In this document: piece after piece, positions 1 through 12,342 of the stretch
Layout of the letters: each line of letters opens with the position of its first letter
Numbering within the stretch: the stretch's first letter is position 1
NCBI GenBank assembly: GCA_964016885.1
Contig: OZ024741.1
Location: forward strand, 313,472,001-313,536,000
DNA length: 64,000 nt
Origin: Eledone cirrhosa
Taxonomy: Eukaryota
Direction of reading: 5' to 3'
Program-made: the position numbers and the translations under genes
The notes under the pieces: model-generated
Told to the model about the DNA's origin: nothing
The model's input: only the letters and a program-made list of their open reading frames with translations
The model's database searches: none

Positions 1-209
1 AACAGTTTTATTAGTAAACAATATACTACGACACCGTGTTAGTTTTAAAACCTAAATATTCCTTGTCCAATGTGCATCAGCTTAGATGACGATATATATT
101 TACTGTCGTCCTGTTTTGTTTCGTGGAGAAATTACAGTAGTTTTCGCGATAATTTAGATAATTCAGTGAATCAGTATACCATTAATATAGTAACTAGAAT
201 ATTAATACA

Positions 210-1335
210 AATAGGTACGCTTGTGACGACAATGCAAGCTATGTACAGGGGTGCTGTCAGTCAAGTGACAATATAAATGGAGTTTAGTGAGGAATTCCAG
301 ATACACGTAATGTTGTTCATTATAGTCCCCCAACCATAAACAGAGGAGTTTAAGGCTGGCTGCCCATGGGAACTTCTCTATGCTGATGATCTGGTTCTTA
401 TAGCACATTCAGTAGAGGAGCTAGAGAATACATTCTGGCTATGGAAACAACAGTTTGAATCAAGAGGCCTGAGTGTGAACATAACTAAAACAAAAGTGTT
501 GATAAGTGGAAGACAGGACAATGCACTGATTCCTTCAGGGAATTGGCTATGTTAGATATATAGGAAAGAAACTGGCATAAATTATATAAAATGTACACAA
601 TGTTGATCTTGGAGACACAAGAGATATAGTGGGATAGCAGGCAAACTAACAGGTAGGGACAACTACGTATTCAATAGATGTACAGGGAAAGTTGGGAGTA
701 GTAATTGCTGTGATAGATTCATTGTTCCAATGCAGGTGGGTTCTATAGAAGTGGTTGATAGCTTCCGGAACCTAGGTGATCAGATACGCATGGGAGGATG
801 GTGTTCTGCGTCCATAGTATCTAGAATAAGGACGGGTTGGAAGAAGTTTATGGAGCTGCTTCCTTTGTTGACAAAGCAGCGTTTCTCCCTTCGTAGAAAT
901 GGACGGTTATATGATACATGTGTGAGATGCGAGGATGCTGCATGGTAGTTAGAAATGGACACGACTGCTGAAGATATGAGATGGCTGGAGAGAAATTAAG
1001 CAAGTATTCATAGTTGGAGGTGCAATTTTAATGTGCGTGAACGACAAAGCATAGACGAGTTGAGAAAGAAACTGGATATAAGAAGGATAAGTTGTGGTGT
1101 GCAGAAGAGAAGGCTGAGATGGTATGGACATATGATGTGCATGGGGGTTGAATGCTGGGTGAAGAAGTGCCAGGAAGTGCAAGTGGCGGGGAGAAGCAGT
1201 ATAGGTAGACCAGAGAAACATGGGCGGAGCTGGTGAAACTCACCGAGGAGATGACAAAGGACCGTATCAAGTGGGGAGATGCTGTGCTGAATAGGACCAG
1301 TCCAACCATTGCAATCATGGAAAAAAGGGCGGAAA
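210..1335 (+). mobile_element. 5'-truncated RTE-type LINE fragment
   Basis: GCPWELLYADDLVL, RIRTGWKKFMELLPLL and RRLRWYGH motifs; many stops. Confidence 0.75.
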
Positions 1336-2085
1336 AATCATAATAAATAAAAATGCATGTGAAGAAAGTATAATTTGCCAAATATAGTTTTAAGTTAACA
1401 AAATGATTTAACTGAACATTTTTATTAATAAACAAGATGCTACCACACCATCACTTGATACGCGGTAAATTTAAAAAGCTAAATATTCCTTATCCAGTGT
1501 GTATCATTATTACGTGGCGATATGATTTTACTTTCGACCTGTTTTGTTTCGTGGGGAAATTACCGGAGATTTTCCGATAGTTTAGATAATTCAGTGAATC
1601 AGTATACCATTCATATTATAACTATGATATTCATAATATTACATATATATATATATATATGTGTGTGTATGTGTATATATATGTATGTATTTATGTATTT
1701 ATGTATGTGTGTATTTGTGTAAATATGCATTTCTATATATACCGTATATAATATATATATTGTAGAATATGGTAATATTTGGAGGGATTATAAGTGATAT
1801 CTTTCTTATAATAGTGTTTGTTACATTCATAATATTATTAACATTGCATTTAATTGAACTAAAAATCCTAATATTGTCATAAATAGTATTCAATAAATCT
1901 ACAACTTCATAAATAGTATTCAATAAATCTACAACTTCCTTTGTTTAGCACAATAACAGATTTAATCTTGAAATTTAATATTGATATATGTATGTAATTA
2001 ACAAATTTAATCTTGAAATTTAATATTGATATATGTATGTAATTAACGATATCTTCAACATTATCATATATATTGATAATTTTAG

Positions 2086-2220
2086 AATGCCCAGCAGGAA
2101 AGTTTGGTGTTGCTTGTAATGGGACCTGCCATTGTATCAACAACGGGTACTGTGACAAGCGCTTTGGAATATGTTTAGATGGATGTTCTGCAGGTTATAC
2201 TGGTTTCAATTGCCAAGAAG
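2086..2220 (+). CDS. EGF-like (8-Cys) repeat exon, type A, intact; internal exon of a multi-EGF (MEGF10/11/SCARF-like) gene
   Basis: tttag|AATGC...CAAGAAG|gtatct; 135 nt, phase 1-1; (E)[44 protein letters not shown]. Confidence 0.85.
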
Positions 2221-2307
2221 GTATCTCATATAATTGTTACGCAATTATTGTATACACGCACACATACACACACCCACACTCACACAAACACACACATATA
2301 CACACAC

Positions 2308-2368
<61 letters not shown>

Positions 2369-2802
2369 GTATATGCCGGTGTAAAAGTTGATCCGTGCAT
2401 ATCTCGGCCCATCAAATTATGTGGTAAACATCAGGTGTAGGCCTATATACCCCGGTTTAGACGACAACCTTGGTATAAGGGATTACCTTCTCCCCAGCTG
2501 TAGATATGTTTGCCGTTGTTTATTTGCATAAAATAGAAAACATTAAAATCAACACTAAATAGTTGTAAAATAAAAATGCCTGTGAAGAAAGTACAAGTTT
2601 CAAAATTTATTTTTCAGGTAACAAAATTATTTAACTGAACTGATTCATTAGTAAACAATATCCTATGACACCGTGACTTAATACGCAGGAATTTTAAAAA
2701 ACCTAATAATTCCTTATCTATTGTGTATCAGCTTAGATGGCGATATATATTTACTTCTCGTCCTGTTTTGTTTCATGAGGAAACTACAGTAGTTTTCCGA
2801 TA

Positions 2803-3360
2803 AGCATGGGAGGAGGGTCTTCCGCGTCCATAGTATCTAGAATAAGGACGGGTTGGAAGAAGTTTATGGAGCTTCTTCCTCTGTTGACAAATAAGCGTTT
2901 CTCCACCATGCGTACAAATGGACGGTTATATGATACCTGTGTGAGATACGAGGATGCTGCATGGTAGTTAGAAATGGATAGCAACAGCTGAAGTTAAGCG
3001 ACGGCTTAAGAGAAATGAATTAAGTATGCTCCGTTGGATGTGCAATTTTAATGTGCGTTAACGGCAAAACATAGACGCGTTGAGAAGGAAATTGAGTATA
3101 AGAGGGATAAGTTGTGGTGTGCAGGAGAGAAGGCTGAGATAGTGTGGACATATGATGTCCATGGAGGATGAGCGCTGGGTGAAGACGTGCCACGAAGTTC
3201 AAGTGGAGAGAAGATGCGGTAGAGGTAGACCACGAAAAACATGGGCGGAGCTGGTGAAACTCACCGAGGAGATGACAAAGGACCGTAACAAGTTGGGAGA
3301 TGCTGTGCTGAATAGGCCCCGTCCAACTATTGCAAGCAGGGAAAAGCGGGCGGAAGATGA
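2803..3360 (+). mobile_element. RTE-type LINE 3' fragment
   Basis: RGRPRKTW motif; homologous to the other copies. Confidence 0.7.
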
Positions 3361-3718
3361 TAATAAATAAAAATGTATCTGAAGAAAGAACAATTTGCCA
3401 AATAAACTTCTCAGTTAACAAAATGATTTAACTGAACAGTTTTATTAATAAACAACATGCTACCACACCATCACTTGATACGAGGTAAATTTAAAAAACT
3501 AAATATTCCTCATCCAATGTGTATCATGATTACGTGGCGATATGATTTTACATTGGACCTGTTTTGTTTCGTGGCGATATTACCGGAGATTTTCCGATAG
3601 TTTAGATAATTCAGTGAATCAGTATACCATTCATATTATAACTATGATATTCATGATAATATTATAGATATATATGTGTGTATTCATGTATGTATGTATT
3701 TATGTATGTATGTGTGTG

Positions 3719-4308
3719 CTACTGGTAACATGTATCCCAGTACAACCTGTCCCATGGTCGTGTCGTTGGCGACTAAACTGGCAACCCCACGAAGGTTTTT
3801 TGGTGAGGAGGGTGACTTTGGACACCCTGCAGTACTAAAAACAAAACCTGTCAAAGGGCAAAGGAGCTCTTAGGAGTCAATGGCCATCCGAAATCACCGG
3901 CAGAGATGACCCCTTAGCCTTTGTCAAGGCAGAATTCTAGGAGAAGGAAAACTCGGATAAACACCTGCAACCCTGATGGTATCCAATGATGTTGACTTGT
4001 TCTTCTTTTTGGTAAATATCATCTTGGTTAAGAGAGTGGGACTATCTTTGTGCAGTGCCATTGCTCACTATAAAAGCTTCACGGCACAGGCATTGCTTTA
4101 TATCTGGAGATCTCTCTGCACTTGTCTTCACATGGTTCCATGGGCCCAGCACTATGTGTCAATAATTGTCAGAAGTGTAGTGTTTGTACCAGAGTTTTCA
4201 AGTCACTGGCTGGACTAAAAATTCACACTTTTTCAGCGCATCTGTAGGGGTTCTCCTACATGGTTATAAAATAGGGGCCGTACTCGAAAACGAGTTGGCA
4301 GCCACCAT
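3719..4308. mobile_element. Copy-specific insertion in a (TG)n tract, probably a retroelement remnant
   Basis: Unique, more GC-rich block absent from the paralogous tract near 39410. Confidence 0.5.
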
Positions 4309-4569
4309 TGTGTGTGTGTGTACGTGTGTATGTATGCATTTATATATATACGGTATATTATATATATATATGCGCGTGTGTGTCTGTTTTTAGTTACATG
4401 TAGGAATGTCGCAAACACATATCGTAGTAACTGGTAGAATATGATAATATTTGGAACGATTATATATCATTTTCTTTCTTATAATACTCTTTGTTTCTTT
4501 CATAATGTTTTTAACATTGCCTTTAACTGAACTAAAAATCCATGTATGTTTGATAGAGAATCGTTATAA

Positions 4570-5214
4570 TCAAAATATATGAAAACTTGTATGTCTATCT
4601 GTGTCTATGTGTGTCTGTGAGTTTGAATCCCTAAAACTCTAGAAGTACCGAACCGATTTTTCAAAATGTTTATGTCTATTACGTTTGCTTCAGGGAATGT
4701 TATGCACATAAAAGTCAACTTTGTTGATCCCCAAGGACCCGCATTAGGTGAAAAAGTGCGTTTTATTTCAGATGTTAGGGGTATCTTGAGTCTTTACCAC
4801 AGACCGCTTTTCTTGAAATTGTAACTATGTATTAGTCAGTCTCCTTGTATACCGGGAGCAAAGAAAATCCAATTATTTTATTGCCTAGGGCCCGCAGTAG
4901 GTGAGCAATTTCCTTTTTTCAGCTTTTTGGGGCTTTTTTGATGCGTTACGTCTAGCCGAATTTACCGAAACTTCAAGGCATATTATGCACATGAAAACAA
5001 TTCATTTTCTTGATTCCCTAGGGCCCACATTAGGTGAAAACCTGTATTTTTCCTGCTTCATCGAGGAAAATCTTAAAGATTATCCAGCAATTAGAGTATT
5101 CACGTTTATTTTCTTTACATATAGGCCGGGTATGCAGTTTTTCCACGATTAAGTCTGTTGGCGGCCCGCGTTCCAAAATACCTTATCCCGTGCAACGCCC
5201 GCTACCACTGCTAG
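4570..5214 (+). mobile_element. Non-autonomous Helitron-like element
   Basis: 5' TC, 3' hairpin (cccgtgcaacgccggg-like) plus CTAG; inserted between A and T of ataa|tattcaataa, which is uninterrupted in other units; no TSD. Confidence 0.7.
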
Positions 5215-5350
5215 TATTCAATAAATATACACGTTCATTTCTTTATCACAATACCACTTTAAGCGTAACATTTTGTATAAAATTGTATCAATTATATCTG
5301 TATGTAATTAATGATATATGCAACATTATCACATATAGTGATATTTTCAG

Positions 5351-5470
5351 AATGTGGTGTTGCTTGTAAGGAGACATGCCATTGTATCAACAGCATAAAC
5401 TGTGCCAACCGAAATGGAACATGTTCAGATAGATGTTCTGCAGGTTATACTGTTGTCAATTGCCAACAAG
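5351..5470 (+). pseudogene. Degenerate EGF exon (type P)
   Basis: 15-nt in-frame deletion relative to the 40450 copy; donor is AAG|atatct (GT>AT). Confidence 0.8.
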
Positions 5471-5548
5471 ATATCTCATAAAATTGTTGCGTACTTACTA
5501 AACACGCACACACACAACTATATACCCAACCCACACACACACATATGC

Positions 5549-5596
<48 letters not shown>

Positions 5597-5898
5597 GGAA
5601 TAGAATGAAACGAAATTTCATTTCTGACTCTTAGTACGGCACTGACTTAAATGTAAGTATTATCTATGTATACGTACATATATATATATATACAGGCGTA
5701 CAGAAGTATGTATATATATGCATACATGCACATTTATTATAATGCTCGGTTTGTTTGTTTGTAAACAAACAAACAGCCCGAGCATTATAATAAATATTCG
5801 GTAAACCGATACGTGCATGTATATATGTGTGCATGTACGTATATATATACATACTGCTGGACGTGTATACATATATGTATGTACGTATACATACATAC

Positions 5899-5936
<38 letters not shown>

Positions 5937-5944
5937 TATATATA

Positions 5945-8352
5945 GTTATACATGAGGAGGGTCATATTGTTGTAATAATTTTGCCAGACATAATAACAGA
6001 CACATTCACTCTTTGGTTGGTTTTAGCTGTGTATGTTTTATATCTCCATAATTAATTCATTTGGCAATCAATGTTTATCATTGATTCACCAACGGTCAAA
6101 AATACAGAAATAAATACATATATAAAGTCTAAAAAAGTTAATTCTTTTGACATGTGCAAAATCATCATTGGAACTTTGATGTCTCCCTCCTGTTGTATTA
6201 CAAGTCTACGCCATTTATATTTTATCTGTTTATTTATTTATTTTTATTTATTTTTGTCTTGTGTGACTGTGTTTTGGTTATTGTATTGTATCTTAGTTTA
6301 TTAGTGTGTCTTTATATGTGTTTTGTTTTTATTGTGCTTGTCTATTTATTCATTTATTTATTTATATATTTATATTTCTCTTAAGTCAGTATTGTTTGTT
6401 TGGGTGTTGTTATTCCATTCATTTTTTCTGTTTAGCTTTGTCTTTTTAAGCTCTGTTTCGCTTGCCTCTCTGATTTGCCTACTTGCTGGCTCATTTCTAT
6501 GTTTAGATATTATTTTAATTACTATGTTGTCTATGTTACCGTCATGTTATTGTCTGGCATGTTCGTACGTACTGAACCTTTTTTTGCTCTTTTATTACCC
6601 CCACTGTTGGTCTATACTTTTTTCTATGCATCGAGCCGTCTTGCCTATGTATGGTGTTGTGATGTTTCTGCAAGTAGCCTCTGTACATAGACTACATTTC
6701 TAGTTTTACAGTTTATTTGGTGGCTTACTTTACATATAGTACATTTCTTATAAGTATAGTGGGTTTTCTTGAAAGTGTGTTTTGCTGATCAGGGATTTCA
6801 TGGTAGTTCCTGGTTTTTCTAACACTTTAATCATTAAGTCGGTCTTTCTCAGGACCATTCTACATTGGTTAGCTAATTTCCCTCCAGGGGAAGCGTCCAC
6901 GCATATAACAATCTGGTATCTCGGGTTGTGGTACCATGAGGTGGCTTTGCCTATCTTATATTTAGTACTATCTAAGCTATTCCCTGATTTGCTACTGTAT
7001 AATGGGCAAATTCCTTTCATGTCCAGTTCTATGAGGGTCTTATACTTCTCAGTGGTTCCTTTGTATACTCGGATTCTGACTCTTTGTTTGTAGCCAGAGA
7101 AATGCCTGCGCTTTATGAAGTGTTGGATGTGTCTTTACATTTCTGTTGGGTCGCACATGCGGGACACGTTCTTCATCACTCGTACCAAGTCTGCGATCAG
7201 AATATTAAACTTAGCACTACTGAACATTGCTGAGTATTTGAGTAACAGGTATTTGGAGGCCATGGGTTTAGCGTAGTGTGAGTGGGGAATTTGGGCCCTA
7301 TCGTATATAGTGTTAATCCAGAATTCCGTGTCTCATACAGGTAGTCTATTATTAGTCTGATTGGAAGGGTATTCAATAGTTACAGTTATACCCTGGTGTA
7401 TGGAGTTAGCTATCTGCTGGATTCTTTCCATTGTGCTATATTCTAATTGTTATTCGTTACTATTCTCTTGTGGCAGTGTCCTTATTACTATATTAATATT
7501 GTCTACGTAAGGAGACTACAGGATCAGGTCTATGGAGCTCTCTTCAAGGAGATATTTGAGTCTGATTTCCCACCAAACCATAAACAAGTTGGCAACGTCA
7601 CCAACTATGCTGATCCAAATGGCTGCTGCCTCATTTTGGGTGTAGATCTTTACGTTGAATTTGAATAGGATAGTTTTAATAGTAGCCCCATTGCATGCGC
7701 GACCGTTTTTCTTACCTAATCATTGTTTTGGGGTGTTGGTATGGCTTAAGTCCACCCAATTCACTCTCTCATGGGAGACATTTTTGCCGTTGAGGTTATG
7801 GGTCTACTAGGGCAGAAACGGCTAAGAACACGGCTGTCTAAGTACACGGTGTCATAGGTAAGTCTAAGTAGGAGGCCTAATTCATCTGTGTCGACGTCGC
7901 AGATTTCAACCTCACTCACACTGATTATTTCCACACATGTTTCCACAGCAAAATCAATGTTAATTGATGGGTATATTGGTACAACGTTCATACTACGTAT
8001 TATGCATTTAGATAGGTTTTAGTTTTTGTTGCACTCATTGATTCTCCTGAGGAGGTCTTCTGTACTGTCACAGAAATCTGGGAACATCTTGATTATGGGG
8101 CGTATAACCATTGGGAAAAACTAGGAGATCCTGTAGATGCTAGCGATATTGGCTCCGCATATAAGTCTTGTTGGTGGTCCAGTTGTCTTATGGTCTTTGC
8201 AGTACACATACATGTGTGGTAGTTCATTGTTAGACACGCGGATGTTCTTAGCAGTGGGTCTGCTTGGCTTTAGGGTGTCGGTCCTCATCATCATGTGAGC
8301 GTTGACGATCTCCTCTCACCCCTCATGTGTTTGTTGTGTAATTTCGCCTGGC
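5945..8352 (-). mobile_element. Penelope-like element family 1, degenerate
   Basis: Homologous to the 25.3-27.8 kb copy; RT fragments DVDTDELGLLLRL and DVVPIYPSI-like. Confidence 0.75.
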
Positions 8353-8840
8353 TATATATTTGTCTGTGTGTGTGTGTGTGTGTTTATTTCAATGTGAAAA
8401 TATCGCAATTACATAGCGTAGTAACAGATAAAATATGGTGTAAATTTGAAGGTTATATGTAAGTTTTATCTTCTCCCCAGCCGTAGATATGTTTGCCGTT
8501 GTTTATTTGCATAAAATGGAAAACATTAAAATAAAGACTAACTAGTTGTAAAATAAAAATGCATATCAAGAAAGTTCAGGTTGCAAAATGTATGTTTCAG
8601 TTAACAAAATGGTTTAACTGAACTGTTTTATTAGTAAACAATATCCTACCACACGTGACTTGATACGCGGGAATTGTAAAAATCTTAATATTCCTTATCC
8701 AATGTGTATCATCTTAGATGACGATATATATTTACTGTCATCCTGTTTTGTTTCGTGGGGAAATTACAGTAGTTTTCCGATAATTTAGATAATTCAGTGA
8801 ATCAGTATACTAATAATATAATAACTACAATATTACTACT

Positions 8841-9995
8841 AATAGGAATAGCTTGTGAGGACAATGCAAGCTATGTACAGTGGTGCTGTCAGTAAAGTGA
8901 CAATAGAAATGGAGTTTAGTGAGGAATTCCAGATACAAGCAGGTGTACATCAATGTCACTCCTCAGCCCAATCTTTTTCATTATAGTACTCCAAGCCATA
9001 ACAGTGTAGATTAAGACTGGCTGCCCATGCGAACTTCTATATGCTGATGATCTGGTTCTTATAGCAGATTCAGTACAGGAGCTAGAGAATAAATTCTGGC
9101 TATGGAAACAGCAATTTGAATCAAGAGGCCTGAGAGTGAACATAGCTAAAACAAAAGTGTTGATAAGTGGAAGAGAGGACAATGCTCTGATTCTATCAGG
9201 GAAATGGCCATGTTAGATATATAGAAAAGGAACTGGCATAAATTCCATAAAATGTACACAATGCTGATCTTGGAGACTCAATAGATGTAGTGGGATAGCA
9301 GGCAAACTAACAGGTAGGGAAAACTACGTGTGCAATAGTGGTACAGGGAAAGTTGGCAGTAGTAATTGCTGTGATACTCATTTTCCCAATGCAGGTGGGT
9401 TCTATAGAAGTGGTTGATAGCTTCCGGTACCCAGGTGATAAGATACGCATGGGAGGAGGGTGTTCCGCGTCCATATTATCTTGAATAAGGGCGGGTTGGA
9501 AGAAGTTTATGGAGTTTCTTCCTCTGTTGACAAAGAAGCGGTTCTCGATGCGTACAAAGGGACGGTCATGTGATACATGTGTGAGATGCGACGATGCTGC
9601 ATGGTAGTTAAAAATGGACAACAACTGCTGAAGATATGCGACGGCTGGAGAGAAATAAAGCAAGTATGTTCCGTTGGATGTGCAATTGTAATGTGCGTGA
9701 ACGACCAAGGATAGACGAGTTGAGAAGGAAACTGGGTATAAGAGGGATAAGTTGTAGTGTGCAGGAGAGAACGCTGAGATGGTATGGACATATGATGTGC
9801 ATGGAGTATGAGCGCTGGGTGAAGAAATGCAAAGAAGTCCAAGTGGAGGGAAGACGCAGTAGAGGTAGACCACGAAGAACATGGGCGGAGCTGGTGAAAC
9901 TCACCGAGGAGATGACAAAGGACCGCGACAACTGGGGGGTGCTGTGCTGAATAGGACACGTCCAACCGTTGCAAGGTGGGAAAAATGGGCGGAAA
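8841..9995 (+). mobile_element. RTE-type LINE fragment
   Basis: YADD and RWYGH..RGRPRRTW motifs; same 5' breakpoint as the other copies. Confidence 0.75.
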
Positions 9996-10929
9996 AATTA
10001 TAATAAATAAAAATGCTTGTGAAAAGGTTCAATTTGGCAAATATACTTTTCTGTCTGTCTGTCTGTGTGTGTGTGTGTGTGTGTGTCTGTGTGTTTATTT
10101 CAAAGTAAAAATGTCGCAAATACATATCGTATTAACTGATAAAATATGGTGTAAATTTGAAGGTTTATATATGTTGTTTCTTATGGTATTGTTTGTTTCT
10201 TTCATTATGTTGTATATATATATTATATGTATATATATGTATGTATGTATATATGTATGCATGTATATATGTGTGTGTATGTGTGTATATATGTATTTAT
10301 ATATATATATATATATATATATAACATATATATATATACAATATATATTATATATATGTAAAAGGTTAACAGAAATAACAAGACAATCTGTACAGTATAA
10401 GGAAGGGATATATTAGGTTAAACTTTTGATATAGCTGGAATAGCGACTCAGCATTTTGGACACTAATCCTTCATTAGAAGAAAAAATGAGAAATAAAATA
10501 GATTGAGGGGCCAATTGAGTTGGAATTGGGAAAAAATGTCATTAGATAAAAATAACAGGTTCATTTATGTTGACATCTCTTGCAGTGTGTGTGAGTATGT
10601 GTGTGCGTGTGTGTTTATTTAAATGTAAGAATGTCGCAATTACATATCGTGGTAACTGGTAGAACATGGTAAGATTTGGAAGGATTATATATGTTATGTT
10701 TCTTATAATATTGTTTGTTACTTTCATAGTGTTTTTTAACATTGCATTTAACTGAACTAAAAATCCATGTATATTTTATAGAGGATCGATATCATTTTCA
10801 ATAAATATATAAGTTCATATGTTTATCACAAGAACGATACAATTTGAAAATTTGTATCAAATTGTATCATTGATATATGTATGTAATTAATGCTATCTTC
10901 AACATTATCATATATATTGATATTTTTAG

Positions 10930-11064
10930 AATGCCCAGTAGGATCGTTTGGTGTTGCTTGTGAAGAGACCTGCCATTGTATCAGCAATAGTAACTGTGAC
11001 AAGCGAAATGGAACATGTTCAGATGGATGTTCTGCAGGTTTTATTGGTGTCAATTGCCAAGAAG
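10930..11064 (+). CDS. EGF-like repeat exon, type B, intact
   Basis: ag|...|gt, 135 nt; (E)[44 protein letters not shown]. Confidence 0.85.
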
Positions 11065-11135
11065 GTATCTCATAAAATTGTTACGTACTTACTATACACA
11101 CACACACATTCACGCACCCCCCACACACACGCGTA

Positions 11136-11169
<34 letters not shown>

Positions 11170-12034
11170 TAAACACACACACACACACACACACACATAT
11201 ATTCGTATATATTTAATTATATATAAAAAAATTATATATATACCGTATATGCCGGTATGAAAGTTGATGCGCTGAATACGTCGATGATTACTCTACACAC
11301 ACACAAAGAAACACACACACACACACACATATACATATATATACATTTATATATATACCGGTTTAAAAGTTGATCCGCTGCATAAGTCGACCCATCAAAT
11401 TTTGAGACGACACCCCAGGTATAAGGCATTACCATCTCCCCAGCCGTAGATATGCTTGCTGTTGTTTATTTGTACAAAATATAAAATATGGAAATAAACA
11501 CTAAATAGTTGTAAAATTTAAATGCATGTGAGTAAAGTACAATTTGTAAAATTTATATTTCATTTAACAAAAAGATTTAACTGAACTGTTTTATTAGTAA
11601 ACAACATGCTACCACACCGTCACTTGATATGCGCTAATTTAAAAAAAACCTAAATATTGCTTATTTCGACCTGTTTGTTTTTTGGGGAAATCACAGCAGA
11701 TTTTCCAACAGTTTCGATAATTCATTGAATCAGTATACCATTAGTCTTATAACTATGATATTCATGATAATATTATATCTATTTTGGAAGAATTATACAT
11801 GTTTTTCTAATAATATTCTTTGTTTCTTTCATAATGTTATTAACGTTGCATTTAACTGAACTAAAAATCCATCTATAATTTATAGAAGATCGATATAATA
11901 TTCAATATTTCTACAAATTAATTCTTTTATCCCAAGCCCACGTTAATCTTGAAGTTTGCTATCAAATCGTATCATTGATTTTTGTATGTAATTAATGATA
12001 TCTTCAACTTTATCATATATATTGTTATATTTAG

Positions 12035-12169
12035 AATGCCGAGAAGGAAAGTTTGGCGTTGCTTGCAATGGGACATGCCATTGTATCAACAACATGAACT
12101 GTGACAAGCGAAATGGAAGATGTTCAGATGGATGTTCCGCAGGTTATACTGGTGACAATTGCCAACAAG
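12035..12169 (+). CDS. EGF-like repeat exon, type C, intact
   Basis: ag|...|gt, 135 nt; (E)[44 protein letters not shown]. Confidence 0.85.
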
Positions 12170-12302
12170 GTATCTCATAACAATGTTACGTACTTATTAG
12201 AAACACAAACAAACACAGACATATACAAACACACACTCACACACACACATATACAAACACACACTCACACACACACATATACACATATTTATATATATTT
12301 AT

Positions 12303-12342
<40 letters not shown>

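Noticed and set aside
380-395. CTGATGA in RTE fragments as hammerhead cores
   Set aside because: These are the codons of the YADD motif (tatgctgatgat); no helix II/GAAA arrangement follows.
10890-11075. Single-exon small EGF peptides starting MISSTLSYIL...
   Set aside because: The N-terminal part is intron sequence upstream of a conserved AG acceptor, and several copies have stops there. Conserved AG/GT at exactly 135 nt fits internal exons better.
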